From Rubripirellula sp. (GTDB lineage: Bacteria; Planctomycetota; Planctomycetia; Pirellulales; Pirellulaceae): 64,000 nucleotides of DNA. Position numbers and translations under genes: made by a program. Positions 1-9,943 of this stretch are shown here, in pieces. The DNA lies in assembly GCA_965216875.1 (NCBI GenBank), contig OZ244207.1, forward strand, positions 5,952,001 through 6,016,000, read 5' to 3'. The first letter of the stretch is position 1, and every line of letters starts with the position of its first letter. A model generated the notes under the pieces. That model had not been told where the DNA came from, searched no databases, and saw only the letters and a list, made by a program, of their open reading frames with translations.

Positions 1-1266
1 AGTCGGTTTGTGGTACGCCGAAATGCTGGCTGTTAAAAGCGTCCCGCCGACAAACACAACGGGGGCAATGTAGCCAAGCGGACTCTTGAAAAAGGGCTTG
101 TTGACGAAAAACAACAGGCTTGCCGTCAACGCGGCGCTCACTGACAACGTAAAGCCAAGGTAGCCAAGCAAGTCATTGAGGCCGGCGATGCAAACCACAA
201 CCATCGCAAGAATTGACTGGATCACAATCGCGTTGATCGGGGGCTTACCGGCCTCGGAATCCCAACCTGACAAGAACAATTTGCGTGGAAGGAAACCGTC
301 TTCGGCCATCTTTGCGTAGACTCGCGGTCCCGCCATGATTTGCGCCGACACCGAAGTGAAGAGGCATAACAAGATGACGCCTCGCACAAACAACTCAAAC
401 GATTCGCCGCCGATGGAACCGGCCGCCACCGTTGCCACTTGTGCTTGACCGGCAATCGCTTCGGCGGGTGCGGCAAACACAAAGATTGCGTTGAGCACCA
501 AATAGGCGAACGTGACCAACAGCGTCCCTCCCAAGATAGCGCGGCGGACGTTCTTTGCTGGATCGACCACTTCGCCTGCAACGTAGACCGCTGCATTGAA
601 TCCACTGAAGCTGAGCGAGATCCACATCAACTGCGTCGCCAAACGCATTGCTAGGGGACTGTCGCCGCCAGCCACCGATGTCGACTCTTGAAGTCCGGTC
701 CGGCCGACCGCCGACATTGCGACCGCGACGAATGCCGCGATCAATACGAATTTCAAGACCACCACAACGTCCTGGGCGCGTGCGCCAGGTTTGACTCCGA
801 CAAGATGCAGGATGGTAGAGACGATGATCACGCCAATCGCAATCGCTTGAACAACGATGGAGTCCTCGCCAGACTGCGTTAGAGGCAAGAGAGGCTCGAG
901 GTATTCGGCAAAGGTCGTCGCCGCAAATGCGATGGCACCCGTAAACCCGGCGAGCAGTGAAACCCAACCTGCCATCATTCCTGCGATCGGATGCAACGCG
1001 CGAGAAAGGAACAGGTATTCGCCACCCGATTCGGTAAAGTACTTGGCGAGCGCCGCGTAACAAACGGCTCCCGAGATGGCGATCACACTGGCAATGCCCC
1101 AAGCGACCATCACCCAAACGGGCGAACCGAGCGAAGCGAGACTGTACCCGCTCGTGGTGAAGACGCCGGCACCAATCATGCTTGCCGCCACTAACGATGT
1201 GGCAGAAACCAAATCGATTGGGCGGCGATGGGCCGACGGTGTTGTGGGGGTTTCGGCTTCGCTCAT
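1..1266 (-). CDS. APC-family amino acid permease (3' end runs off the left edge)
   Basis: Absent from the ORF track because it is truncated. Manual translation from CAT at 1264-1266 gives MSEAETPTTPSAHRRPIDLVSATSLVAASMIGAGVFTTSG...YAALAKYFTESGGEYLFLSRALHPIAGMMAGW. It has the APC TM1 motif (IGAGVF), the SGGEY loop and multiple hydrophobic segments. Confidence 0.9.
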   Translation of the reverse strand, partial: MSEAETPTTPSAHRRPIDLVSATSLVAASMIGAGVFTTSGYSLASLGSPVWVMVAWGIASVIAISGAVCYAALAKYFTESGGEYLFLSRALHPIAGMMAGWVSLLAGFTGAIAFAATTFAEYLEPLLPLTQSGEDSIVVQAIAIGVIIVSTILHLVGVKPGARAQDVVVVLKFVLIAAFVAVAMSAVGRTGLQESTSVAGGDSPLAMRLATQLMWISLSFSGFNAAVYVAGEVVDPAKNVRRAILGGTLLVTFAYLVLNAIFVFAAPAEAIAGQAQVATVAAGSIGGESFELFVRGVILLCLFTSVSAQIMAGPRVYAKMAEDGFLPRKLFLSGWDSEAGKPPINAIVIQSILAMVVVCIAGLNDLLGYLGFTLSVSAALTASLLFFVNKPFFKSPLGYIAPVVFVGGTLLTASISAYHKPT

Positions 1267-1607
1267 CGCGGAAATGTGTCGTGACGTGGCTTGTCGCTCA
1301 AAGGTTGTTTTGACCGCTCTGCTGTTGATGTCGCGGACGCTTGGTTATCCTGAAGACTCGGCGGGAAGCCGATTCCTGTGCGTCAGCCGTTTCGGGCAGA
1401 AGCGAAAGCAACTGAATCGCCCCTGGCAATCGAACGAAACCCAAGCCGACGACACGAATCCTCGTCCATACCCGTCACCAATCGACCCGAGTCCATGACT
1501 GCGTCCGATCCGAATCGAAAGGTCGATGCAGCCTATCATGATCAACAGGGGCTCGGGTTGTACTATCGCCAAACATCCACAGGCAAGTAAGACCACAGGC
1601 GAAAAGA

Positions 1608-2654
1608 ATGACTGATGCGTCCAACGGTTGGTTCCTGACACATGGCGGTGACGAAGTTCATGGCCCGTTCACACTCGCCGCACTTATCGATGCCGCAAAA
1701 CAGGGCAATGTCATCCCCGCAACGATGGTGCGGCATGAAGAGCACACCAAAGGCACCTGGTTGCCGGCAGGGCGGATCCGCCCCATCGCCGAAGCACTGA
1801 ACACGGAAAACACAAAAAACGCCGGCGCGCAAAACCCCGCCGCGCAGGGAGGCCAGCCGCCGAATCAACAGTCGAGCCAACCAACAAAAACGGCTGCGCA
1901 ACAACCTGCACCGCAACAACCTGCGCAGGCACCACCGGCTCAGCAAGCTCCCGTCCAGCAAGCTCCCGTCCAACAAGCTCCGGCGCAAACGCAAGCACCG
2001 GCTCCACAGCCGGCCCCGTTCACACCCGCACCGGCGCAACCCACCTACACTCAACCTGCTCCCACGCAAAGTGTTCCAGAGCAACCAGCGCCGATCCAAT
2101 CGGTTCAACCTCAGGCTTTCGCGGGTCCCACCGCACCCTCGACCGTGATCGAGACTCAGCCTGTTGGTCGTCGCGGCGACATCTTGACGGTCCCGACAAC
2201 GTTTGGTGCTGCCGTTGTGGGCTTCTTCGATTTTCGATTTCGATATTTCGTGACCCCATGGATCGTCAAAATCACTTGGGGCATCTGTGTGGTGCTGGCG
2301 GTGATTGCAATGTGCATCTTTACCGTTAACTATCTGCTGCGACCTCTTGTCAGTTCGGCGGAATCAACCAGCGGCCAATCGATGTCATTCGAGGGTGACG
2401 GAACGATGCCCGAGTCGGTCCGCATCGAAACGCGCAGCTCTGGACAATTTGAATTCCAGCCGCCAACGCTGGTAGAGCAAAACATGCAGCGTTTCATCGT
2501 CTATGGTGCGACGATGACCTTCGTCTTCTTCCTGCTTCTGTCCTTGCGGATGTCTCTCGAACTCGCCATCGTGCTGTTCCGTATCGCTGGCGATCTTGGC
2601 ACGCTTAAAGAGTTTTTCAAGGAACAAGAGAAGATGCATCAACCAGCGACGTAG
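1608..2654 (+). CDS. GYF_2 (DUF4339) domain + Q/P/A-rich linker + DUF4282-like membrane domain protein
   Basis: N-terminal WF..GGDEVHGPFTL..L...A..G.V...TMV....W (GYF_2 pattern). C-terminal FFDFRFRYFVTPWIVKITW plus TM helices (DUF4282 pattern). Low-complexity linker between them. Confidence 0.8.
   Translation: MTDASNGWFLTHGGDEVHGPFTLAALIDAAKQGNVIPATMVRHEEHTKGTWLPAGRIRPIAEALNTENTKNAGAQNPAAQGGQPPNQQSSQPTKTAAQQPAPQQPAQAPPAQQAPVQQAPVQQAPAQTQAPAPQPAPFTPAPAQPTYTQPAPTQSVPEQPAPIQSVQPQAFAGPTAPSTVIETQPVGRRGDILTVPTTFGAAVVGFFDFRFRYFVTPWIVKITWGICVVLAVIAMCIFTVNYLLRPLVSSAESTSGQSMSFEGDGTMPESVRIETRSSGQFEFQPPTLVEQNMQRFIVYGATMTFVFFLLLSLRMSLELAIVLFRIAGDLGTLKEFFKEQEKMHQPAT
1941..1982 (+). repeat. 15-bp coding tandem repeat (QQAPV x ~3)
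   Basis: cagcaagctcccgtc twice exactly, then caacaagctccg. Confidence 0.85.
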
Positions 2655-2720
2655 TGCGAACCTTTTGACGACCAAGCTGTCCATGCCTGAAAACAACGGC
2701 AGCACGAGCAAGTAAACGAG

Positions 2721-3992
2721 ATGAGCTGGGAATTTTCGGAATTTGGCAAACGCCTCTGTGGCGGCAGCGGGATCGGGGAATTGATGGAAGACCTTGGCCG
2801 TGCGTTGGCCAAGTCCGAAGGTCATGTCCGAATGCTCGGTGGCGGCCAACCTGCACACATCCCCGAGATGAATGCACTGTGGCGTTCGCGAATCGAAGAC
2901 ATCAGTGCGTCCCCTGGCCAACTCGAACAAATGGTTGGCAACTATGAACCGCCGGCCGGCAATCTCGCCTTCCGCACAGCTCTTGCCGAGCTGTTTCGCA
3001 GCGAGTTTGGCTGGGACCTTGGCCCGGAAAACGTCGGCATCACGGCTGGCGGACAAACCGCGTTCTTCTTTTTGTTCAACGCATTGGCCGGACGGTTCGA
3101 CGACGGTCAAAAAAAGAAGGTCTTGCTGCCGATTGTGCCTGAATACATCGGCTATGCAAACCAATCGATCTCCAGCGACATGTTTCGCGCGGTCAAACCC
3201 AGACTTGAAAAGACGGGACCGCATCAATTCAAGTATCGCGTTGACTTTGATCGGCTTGAAGTGGATGACGATGTCGCAGCGATCTGTTTGTCGCGTCCAA
3301 CGAACCCCAGCGGCAATGTGCTCACCGACAATGAGATTGGCCATCTCTCCGACCTTGCCAAGCACAACGATATCCCGCTGATCATCGACAATGCTTACGG
3401 TGCCCCTTTCCCCAATGTCATCTTCACCGAAGCCAAACCGATCTGGAATGACCACATCGTTTTGACACTCAGCCTTTCCAAGATTGGTCTTCCAGGCACA
3501 CGCACTGGCATCGTTGTTGGTCCCTCAGGATTGATCGACTCGCTGGCATCAATGACATCCATCGTCGGACTGTCCAACACCAATGTTGGTCAAGCGATCA
3601 TGAAGCCGGTTGTCGAAAGCGGCGAGATTTTGAGGTTGAGTAACGATGTGGTCCAACCTTTCTACCGCAAGAAATCAGAGCAGGCCCAGCAGTGGGTCGA
3701 AGAGTTCTTTGACGATGACCTTCCGTATTTCGTTCACCGCAGCGAGGGCGCACTCTTTTTGTGGTTGTGGTTTGAAGGGTTGCCGATCACATCCAAAGAA
3801 CTTTACCAGCGATTGAAACAGCGCGACGTACTCGTCGTGCCAGGCAATTACTTCTTTTTCGGCCTCGATGATGAGACCTGGAAGCATCGCGATGAGTGCA
3901 TTCGGGTCACATTCACGATGCCCGAAGAGGATGTTCGCGAGGGTTTTCGCATCATCGGCGAAGAGGTTTCCAAAGCGTACCGCAACGCCTAG
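2721..3992 (+). CDS. avtA: valine--pyruvate aminotransferase (class I PLP enzyme)
   Basis: N-terminus FSEFG....SGI..LMEDL...MLGGG.PA.IPEM resembles E. coli AvtA. Also SRPTNPSGNV, IIDNAYG.PFP and the SLSKIGLPG.RTG PLP-lysine motif. Confidence 0.9.
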   Translation: MSWEFSEFGKRLCGGSGIGELMEDLGRALAKSEGHVRMLGGGQPAHIPEMNALWRSRIEDISASPGQLEQMVGNYEPPAGNLAFRTALAELFRSEFGWDLGPENVGITAGGQTAFFFLFNALAGRFDDGQKKKVLLPIVPEYIGYANQSISSDMFRAVKPRLEKTGPHQFKYRVDFDRLEVDDDVAAICLSRPTNPSGNVLTDNEIGHLSDLAKHNDIPLIIDNAYGAPFPNVIFTEAKPIWNDHIVLTLSLSKIGLPGTRTGIVVGPSGLIDSLASMTSIVGLSNTNVGQAIMKPVVESGEILRLSNDVVQPFYRKKSEQAQQWVEEFFDDDLPYFVHRSEGALFLWLWFEGLPITSKELYQRLKQRDVLVVPGNYFFFGLDDETWKHRDECIRVTFTMPEEDVREGFRIIGEEVSKAYRNA

Positions 3993-4088
3993 CACGTTTG
4001 ATCAGCGACGGTAGGTTTCGAATCTGAGCGTGGATCAAAAACGTGGGTTGGATTAGCATGGTGTCTCACTCACCAACGCTTCAGGCTC

Positions 4089-6380
4089 ATGACGGTGCCC
4101 CACGAATCGATCGCCGAAAGTAAAACGCATACCAACGCATTCGGTGGCGGCAGCGCTCTTCTTGTTTGGCTTGTCACGATCGCATTGTCGACCGTCACGA
4201 TTTGGACGGCATGGGACTATGGTGGTGGTTACCTACGCACCAAGTTCGTGATGGCTGTCACAACGCTGGCCGTATTGCCGATATTCGCGCTGTCCGTTGT
4301 GATGCTGCCGAAGTCCGGCCGACTTCAGCATCGCCGTCCACCCACACTGACACTCATCGCGTGCGTGATCTGGTTGGCTGGAATCGTGCAGACCCTTTCT
4401 TTGCCGAGCGGATTGGTTGAGCTGTTGTCGCCTGGATCAGCCGCGGCGTACATCGACTGGGTCCCTGATTCGGTAGCATATGAGGCTGCGTCCGCATCGC
4501 CGCCACGGTCAGTGGATCCACGCATCAGTGTTGCGCCGGCATACACGCAGATGGCGCTTTTCGTCCCGTTGGTCTTTGGTGCGATCTGCTGGTTTTCCTC
4601 CTATTGCTTTTCGTTCCACCGCGCAGCACTGATCTTTCTTGCAATGGCGGCGCTGGCCGGAGGGGTCTTTTCCTTCTTTGGTCTTGGCGACGCGATGCTG
4701 TTGGCGCGCACCGAGAACTTTGAATTGCGTCAACGTTTGCTCATTTCACCCGTCGGAGCCGACGGTCCCTTCGGCCCCTTCGTGCATAACGCCAATTGCG
4801 CTGGCTACCTTTGCCTGACGATCGGCTGTGGCATCGGGTTGCTGATCTACCTGACCAACCGATCCGAATCGAATGCGGCAACCAAGGGCAACTCATTTCG
4901 TTTTGTCGAACTGGCAACTGACCCGACCGTCCTGATTCGGCGATGGCCGGTGATCGCCGTGGGCTTGCTCGTCATCATCTCGATCACCGGAATCTTGGGC
5001 AGTGGATCGCGTGGAGGAATGCTAGGCTTGGCTGCCGGCTGCGGAGTCTTTCTCGTTGCATCGCTTCGGTCACTCCCCAAAATCCGCTTGATCGTCGCTG
5101 TCGTTGGCGTTGTCGCGTTGTCGATCCTCTTGCTTCACGGCATCGGTTTGGTTGAGTACACCGAGGGTCGGTTGCAAACACTTGTTGGAGAAAAAGCCAA
5201 ACAGGAGCCACGTCTCGCTCATTGGCAAGATGGCTTGCGCGCGGCTGCGGCCTATTTCCCTGCCGGCGCTGGCATCGGATCGTACCGCTATGCTTACCTG
5301 CCCTATCAGGCGACCGGTGGCAAACAATGGTTTGTCAATGCCGACGGCATGCATGTCGAGCTGTTGGTCGAAGGCGGAATCTGGCTACTTCCCCTGGTCC
5401 TGGTTGGCGTTGTGATGGTTGTTCGCGATCGACGTGTTGTAGCTCGAAACCTGGGTCAACTTTCACCTGCTGATGCGAGACTCGCCCGGGCGATCGTCGG
5501 TTGTGTGACGTTCGTCGTGCCATCCATGCTGGTCACCCAGTGCTTTGACTACGGGATACTCCAGCCCTCTCTACTCGCAACCCTTGCGTTCATTTGTGGG
5601 GGACTCCATTGGGCGAAATCGAGAGTCAAGACATCGGTTTCAGGACCAACACCGCCCACTCAAAGCAATCGACTCGTGCTCACGACCTTCTCGGCGTTTG
5701 CAATGGTTGTCGGACTTTGTTTTGCGACCTCTGCGCTCAAGACAGGCGCGACAATCCAGAGGATTGATCGCCAGCGAATCGCGAGGTCAAGTGAATCGGC
5801 GGGCGTACCGTGGGATAACGAGAGTGAAATCGAAACGGTCCGCGCGATCGTAAACGAAGCGCCCAAACGTTCGGATGCCCGACTCCTTTTCGCACAATTA
5901 TTGGTGAACCAACAGCGACGCGTCGGTGCAAAGTTCCTTTTGGACAATGGGCATGCCGAGCTTGACGAACTGAACCGATGGGTTTCACCCCGAACGGTTC
6001 GTCAGGCCTATTACGGTGCATCAGGAACTCGCCCCATCGAGGAACTGATGCTTCCAGGTCAAGAGTTGGCGATCTGGCAACAGGCCCATGGCCATGCCGC
6101 AGCATCGATCGCAGATTGCCCCCTCAACGACCTCGCTCGCATTATGCTTGTCGAAACCGACATGGTTCACGATCGAGCCAGCCAGTCTTCCCACGAGTTG
6201 ATTCTGCAGTCCGCCCAGCTTCGACGGCGAAACCCTGAGTATGTCCAACGGCTCAAGTTGCTCGCTGAGGTCTACCCGGCCGATGATACCGTCGATCAAA
6301 TCGCCGACATCGTCGCGGGCAACGATCGCAACCTCCCTGCTCAAACAGCCGTCCCGGAGCGTCCAGAATCCGGTCAATAG
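4089..6380 (+). CDS. O-antigen ligase/Wzy_C-family polytopic membrane protein with C-terminal helical (TPR-like) extension
   Basis: About 12 TM segments with GPFVHNAN, SGSRGGMLG, R..HWQDG and FP.GAGIGSY motifs typical of the O-antigen ligase family. Confidence 0.8.
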   Translation: MTVPHESIAESKTHTNAFGGGSALLVWLVTIALSTVTIWTAWDYGGGYLRTKFVMAVTTLAVLPIFALSVVMLPKSGRLQHRRPPTLTLIACVIWLAGIVQTLSLPSGLVELLSPGSAAAYIDWVPDSVAYEAASASPPRSVDPRISVAPAYTQMALFVPLVFGAICWFSSYCFSFHRAALIFLAMAALAGGVFSFFGLGDAMLLARTENFELRQRLLISPVGADGPFGPFVHNANCAGYLCLTIGCGIGLLIYLTNRSESNAATKGNSFRFVELATDPTVLIRRWPVIAVGLLVIISITGILGSGSRGGMLGLAAGCGVFLVASLRSLPKIRLIVAVVGVVALSILLLHGIGLVEYTEGRLQTLVGEKAKQEPRLAHWQDGLRAAAAYFPAGAGIGSYRYAYLPYQATGGKQWFVNADGMHVELLVEGGIWLLPLVLVGVVMVVRDRRVVARNLGQLSPADARLARAIVGCVTFVVPSMLVTQCFDYGILQPSLLATLAFICGGLHWAKSRVKTSVSGPTPPTQSNRLVLTTFSAFAMVVGLCFATSALKTGATIQRIDRQRIARSSESAGVPWDNESEIETVRAIVNEAPKRSDARLLFAQLLVNQQRRVGAKFLLDNGHAELDELNRWVSPRTVRQAYYGASGTRPIEELMLPGQELAIWQQAHGHAAASIADCPLNDLARIMLVETDMVHDRASQSSHELILQSAQLRRRNPEYVQRLKLLAEVYPADDTVDQIADIVAGNDRNLPAQTAVPERPESGQ

Positions 6381-6446
6381 GCACGGTGACAACATTGGCT
6401 AAGATAAGTCGCTTCCGATTCAATCGTTGCATCTCCTGATCGAGCC

Positions 6447-7964
6447 ATGGCGTCGAAGAAACTCAATCTTGCCTCTGCGCTACTCGCCCTTTTCGCCTGG
6501 CTTCTGATCGGTTCGCTGGTTGGCGCCGGCATCGGATATCTGACGTTCGCGAAAACTCCGGCTACGTTTGAAGCAACCGCAAAGGTACAAGTGAAGCGAG
6601 TCGGAACGGAAACGCCCGATGTCAGCGACCAAGATGTAATCGTTTCGGACGCGACCCTTCTCGATGCGGCGTCGAACAATCGATTTGCGAAACTGCCCGA
6701 ATGGGAATATCGCAAATTGACAACTGAAGAGATCGCGCGCGAGGTCTCACAACGTCTACTCGTCTCGAAGACCGCCGATGGAAGTCACGGCCCCGTCTAT
6801 GAAATACGGTTCCGAGGCACGACACCGTCATCTGCCCAGCAAGTTGTAACCGCCGTCACCGATCATGCAGTCCAACGCGTGACGCCAGGTGTCACCCAAA
6901 ATGAATGGCAAGAAGCGCTGGAATTGCTTACTCAAGCGCGCGGCGAAGTCACAACGCGTATCGAGTCGCTCGAAAGTGAATTGCGAGAACTATCAGGCGA
7001 TGATCGAAGCCTTGAACATGATGATGTTTCCCTCTCGTCAGAGGTGGCTCGCTGGGAACGTTTGAAAACCCGTCAACGTTTGCTCCAAAACGAACGAGCT
7101 GGAATCGAATCAAAGATTCGGTCCATCAAATCGGAAGTCGCGAGTGGCGTCGCGCCCGCTCTCATTCTCCGTGACCTCGGTCAGGCCCCCGAAACCACTC
7201 CCAACGTGGCGCACGCGATAGAAGAGGAATCGTCTGACGATCCTGAGACAACCGCGGCCGACGAGCGACTGCGACGAATCAAAGAACGCGAAGCTGCCGT
7301 CGAAAGCGTCGAGCGAGAACTCGAACCGCTCGAGAATGAACTCGCGCGTCTGCGAGAACGACTGGGCGAGAACCACCCGACCGTTCGAGGCGTCAAGGAA
7401 CAGATCGCTGTCGTCCGGTCGCGGCTCGATGCCCTTCCGCCAATCGATCCAATCAAAAACGAAACGGAATCGACCGAAAAGCCCTCCATTGGCGAACCTC
7501 GCGAAGCGGAGCCTGCGCGCGTCGCGGAGACGCCTCCCGCTCAGACGGTCAAAGATGCCGCAAAACAGGTCGATCGTCTTTTGCGTGCCCTCACCGAAAG
7601 CAGGCTTGCCGTATCCGATGAACTCAGTGACGTCGCTGCAGAACTCGACGTCCTGGCGGAAGCACTTTCAACACAGGATCAGGCGCGGGTTCGCATCGGC
7701 CAAATCAGAGCCGACCTCGTCAAGCAAGGACGCTACCACACCGAGATCTTGACACGACTCGACAACTTGAGCGCCGTGCCTCCGCAACGCTCCATCGAAA
7801 TCGAGGTCGTCCAGGCAGCGGGCCTGGGACGTCAGATTGCACCGGTTCTAGCACCCTATCTGGCGCGGGGTATTGGAATAGGCGCCATTTCGGGGGCAAT
7901 TCTCAGCACTCTGCTCTTGCTCATCGGACTTGCCGCACAGGGCCGCGAAGTGTCCTCAGAGTGA
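6447..7964 (+). CDS. Wzz/GumC-like polysaccharide co-polymerase (no tyrosine-kinase domain)
   Basis: N-terminal TM then P.TFEATAKVQV; long coiled coil with LGENHPTV; C-terminal P..P....GIGIGAISG TM segment; no Walker A motif. Confidence 0.65.
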   Translation: MASKKLNLASALLALFAWLLIGSLVGAGIGYLTFAKTPATFEATAKVQVKRVGTETPDVSDQDVIVSDATLLDAASNNRFAKLPEWEYRKLTTEEIAREVSQRLLVSKTADGSHGPVYEIRFRGTTPSSAQQVVTAVTDHAVQRVTPGVTQNEWQEALELLTQARGEVTTRIESLESELRELSGDDRSLEHDDVSLSSEVARWERLKTRQRLLQNERAGIESKIRSIKSEVASGVAPALILRDLGQAPETTPNVAHAIEEESSDDPETTAADERLRRIKEREAAVESVERELEPLENELARLRERLGENHPTVRGVKEQIAVVRSRLDALPPIDPIKNETESTEKPSIGEPREAEPARVAETPPAQTVKDAAKQVDRLLRALTESRLAVSDELSDVAAELDVLAEALSTQDQARVRIGQIRADLVKQGRYHTEILTRLDNLSAVPPQRSIEIEVVQAAGLGRQIAPVLAPYLARGIGIGAISGAILSTLLLLIGLAAQGREVSSE

Positions 7965-8158
7965 TTGCGGACGGGCGATGACCGCCCTCTCTTGTTTCGC
8001 TGACCGCTAATTCCCACCAGTGAGCCAAGCTCTTGCCGGTTCTTTTTGTGGATTGAACGGGAAAGTGCGGTAACTATCGTAGTCTTAACGCGTTGTAGGC
8101 GTGCCGAGGAAGATCCGGACCTACTTCCTGTTCCTTCCACAGCCTCTTCGTCACCCTG

Positions 8159-9379
8159 ATGAGATTCACAATGAAACGACTATTGGCAGCAGCCACTTTG
8201 TTTGTGGCGGCATGTGTGACCCTGCCTGACACCAGTGCCCAGGGCCTTTCGAAATTGAGCGTCACTCAGTGGGTGATGCCAAGCGTTCCGGGCCAGTTCG
8301 AAGCGCGTGTGGTTGTTCCCCGCGTTGATGGTGGTTCGCGCGCCGTTCGAAACGCCGTCATCACTCTTCGCGGCAAAGGCGGGGTGATTTACCGTGGCAA
8401 GAGCAATCGCGACGGCGATGTTCTCATTCGAAATGTCGAACCGGGCATCTACGCCGTAACAGCTCAGGGAAATGGAATCTGTGCGTGCTATGCAATGCAC
8501 ATCCTTAGCGAAACAACACCAGGTTCAAACATCTATCCCGACGTCGCCGAGATCTCCTGTGCTCTCGTTCCCGTCGAGATGTTTGAGAAGACGGTTCGCC
8601 GCTACCTGCCAAGTGACTACAGCATCGACAAGTTGACCATTCACGAACCAGCCGTCGAAAGAATCGCTCAACAAACACGCGGGAACGAAATGTTCCGCGT
8701 CACACGTTCGGGAAGTGGAATTGTTGGTTACATCTACGCTCCCACCGATCACGGTGAAGTTCTTGATGCATTCGATCACGACGACAAATTGGAACCCTCC
8801 GAGCGTGCCCAGGTCTATTTAATCCGTGACGGCAAGCGAATTCGTCATGATGTGACGGACCGTCGCGGACGATTCGATTTCACAAACCTCAAGCCAGGCA
8901 TCTACTCGATTCTCGCCGTCAGCCGCGATGGCGTAGCTTCGGTCGGCTTCGAGCTCGAAGACGAGCAACCTGATCTTGGCACGGTCACCACGGACGGCAA
9001 GCAGTTCGTCATGCAAGCGGAAAGTGGCGGATCGCAGTTTGCCGTTCAACTGATCCCCGTCGTCGCGGGTGAAGAAACGGTCGCCAACGCTGACGACTCG
9101 ATGCCCGCCGGTTACACCGATGGTTTCGCCGGCTTTGGTGGCGAAGCTGCCGTAGCTGGGCTGGCAGCTGCCGCGCCTGCCGGTGCTGGAGCAGCAGGTG
9201 CGGGTGCCGCAGGAGCTGCCGGCGCAGCAGGTGCCGGAGCCGCGGGTGCAGCAGGAGGACTCGGCAGTATTGGTGCCGTCTCCGCTCTCGGCGGTGTCGT
9301 GGCGGGAGCTTCTGGGGGTGACAGCGGTAACCCTGTTGATCCAATCGACCCAGCAACTCCCGATGTGGTTGGTCCCTAA
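8159..9379 (+). CDS. secreted protein with two carboxypeptidase-regulatory/CnaB-like beta-sandwich domains and an Ala/Gly-rich C-terminus
   Basis: Signal peptide; two repeats of S/T-(N/D)xxG..F..(V/L).PG.Y.(V/I).A; tail (AGAAG)n...GLGSIGAVSALGGVVAGASGGD..P.DP.DP.TP. Confidence 0.7.
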   Translation: MRFTMKRLLAAATLFVAACVTLPDTSAQGLSKLSVTQWVMPSVPGQFEARVVVPRVDGGSRAVRNAVITLRGKGGVIYRGKSNRDGDVLIRNVEPGIYAVTAQGNGICACYAMHILSETTPGSNIYPDVAEISCALVPVEMFEKTVRRYLPSDYSIDKLTIHEPAVERIAQQTRGNEMFRVTRSGSGIVGYIYAPTDHGEVLDAFDHDDKLEPSERAQVYLIRDGKRIRHDVTDRRGRFDFTNLKPGIYSILAVSRDGVASVGFELEDEQPDLGTVTTDGKQFVMQAESGGSQFAVQLIPVVAGEETVANADDSMPAGYTDGFAGFGGEAAVAGLAAAAPAGAGAAGAGAAGAAGAAGAGAAGAAGGLGSIGAVSALGGVVAGASGGDSGNPVDPIDPATPDVVGP

Positions 9380-9410
9380 GACCAGCCCCGCCATCAACCA
9401 AATCTTCTTC

Positions 9411-9438
9411 AACCCTCCCGGCCCCCGGGAGGGTTTTT
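9411..9438 (+). terminator. intrinsic terminator after the 8159..9379 gene
   Basis: 11-bp perfect stem aaccctcccgg/ccgggagggtt, 3-nt loop, running into a T tract; about 30 nt after the stop codon. Confidence 0.85.
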
Positions 9439-9458
9439 CATTGCGCTTCTTCACACAA

Positions 9459-9526
9459 GTGAGCCGTGATCGCGTGAGCGGCCGGGCCTTGCTTTCACGA
9501 CGCCTCGCGTCCAGCGAGTCGGCTCA
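9459..9526. repeat. REP-like element, family C (GTGAGCCG...CGGCTCA)
   Basis: Terminal inverted tgagccg/cggctca. Related copies at 39562, at 58989-59063, and inverted within 14606-14637 and 14744-14775. Confidence 0.65.
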
Positions 9527-9631
9527 TTGGCATTTATCCGGAATTCGCCAAGTAAGAGATCTGACGCTGGTGTCGCCAAAGGTGTGAACCCAATGATTCA
9601 CGCTACAGATCGAAGAAAAGAGAGGCTTGAA

Positions 9632-9943
9632 ATGGCTGCTTTGAAAGTAAACGACCAGACGTTCTCGGAAGAGGTTCTCCAATCGCAACAACCGGTCCTG
9701 ATCGACTTCTGGGCGCCGTGGTGCGGACCTTGCCGCGCGATGAGTTCGGTGGTCGATGAAGTCGCTCACGAAGTTTCGGGAAAGGCAAAGGTGGTGAAAG
9801 TCAACATCGACGATGCCCCTGACACGGCGACTGAATTCGGAATCCAATCGATTCCTTCGTTCGTCGTTGTCCAAGGAGGTGAGGTCCAAAAGACGGTCAC
9901 CGGTGTCGTCCCCAAACAAGCGCTGGTCGACCTATTTGACTGA
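9632..9943 (+). CDS. trxA: thioredoxin
   Basis: IDFWAPWCGPC active site and FGIQSIP cis-Pro loop. Start moved to ATG 9632 (GAGG upstream), giving 103 aa. Confidence 0.92.
   Translation: MAALKVNDQTFSEEVLQSQQPVLIDFWAPWCGPCRAMSSVVDEVAHEVSGKAKVVKVNIDDAPDTATEFGIQSIPSFVVVQGGEVQKTVTGVVPKQALVDLFD

Noticed and set aside
222..1498. ORF-track entries 222..605, 395..1117 and 1076..1498
   Set aside because: They are alternative frames or antisense of the APC permease, which is missing from the track because it runs off the window edge.
3108..3115. A-run in avtA as a phase-variation tract
   Set aside because: Short run encoding Gln-Lys-Lys in an intact housekeeping frame.
2385..3455. 356-aa minus-strand ORF
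   Set aside because: Antisense shadow of avtA and the GYF gene, with no motifs; common in GC-rich DNA.
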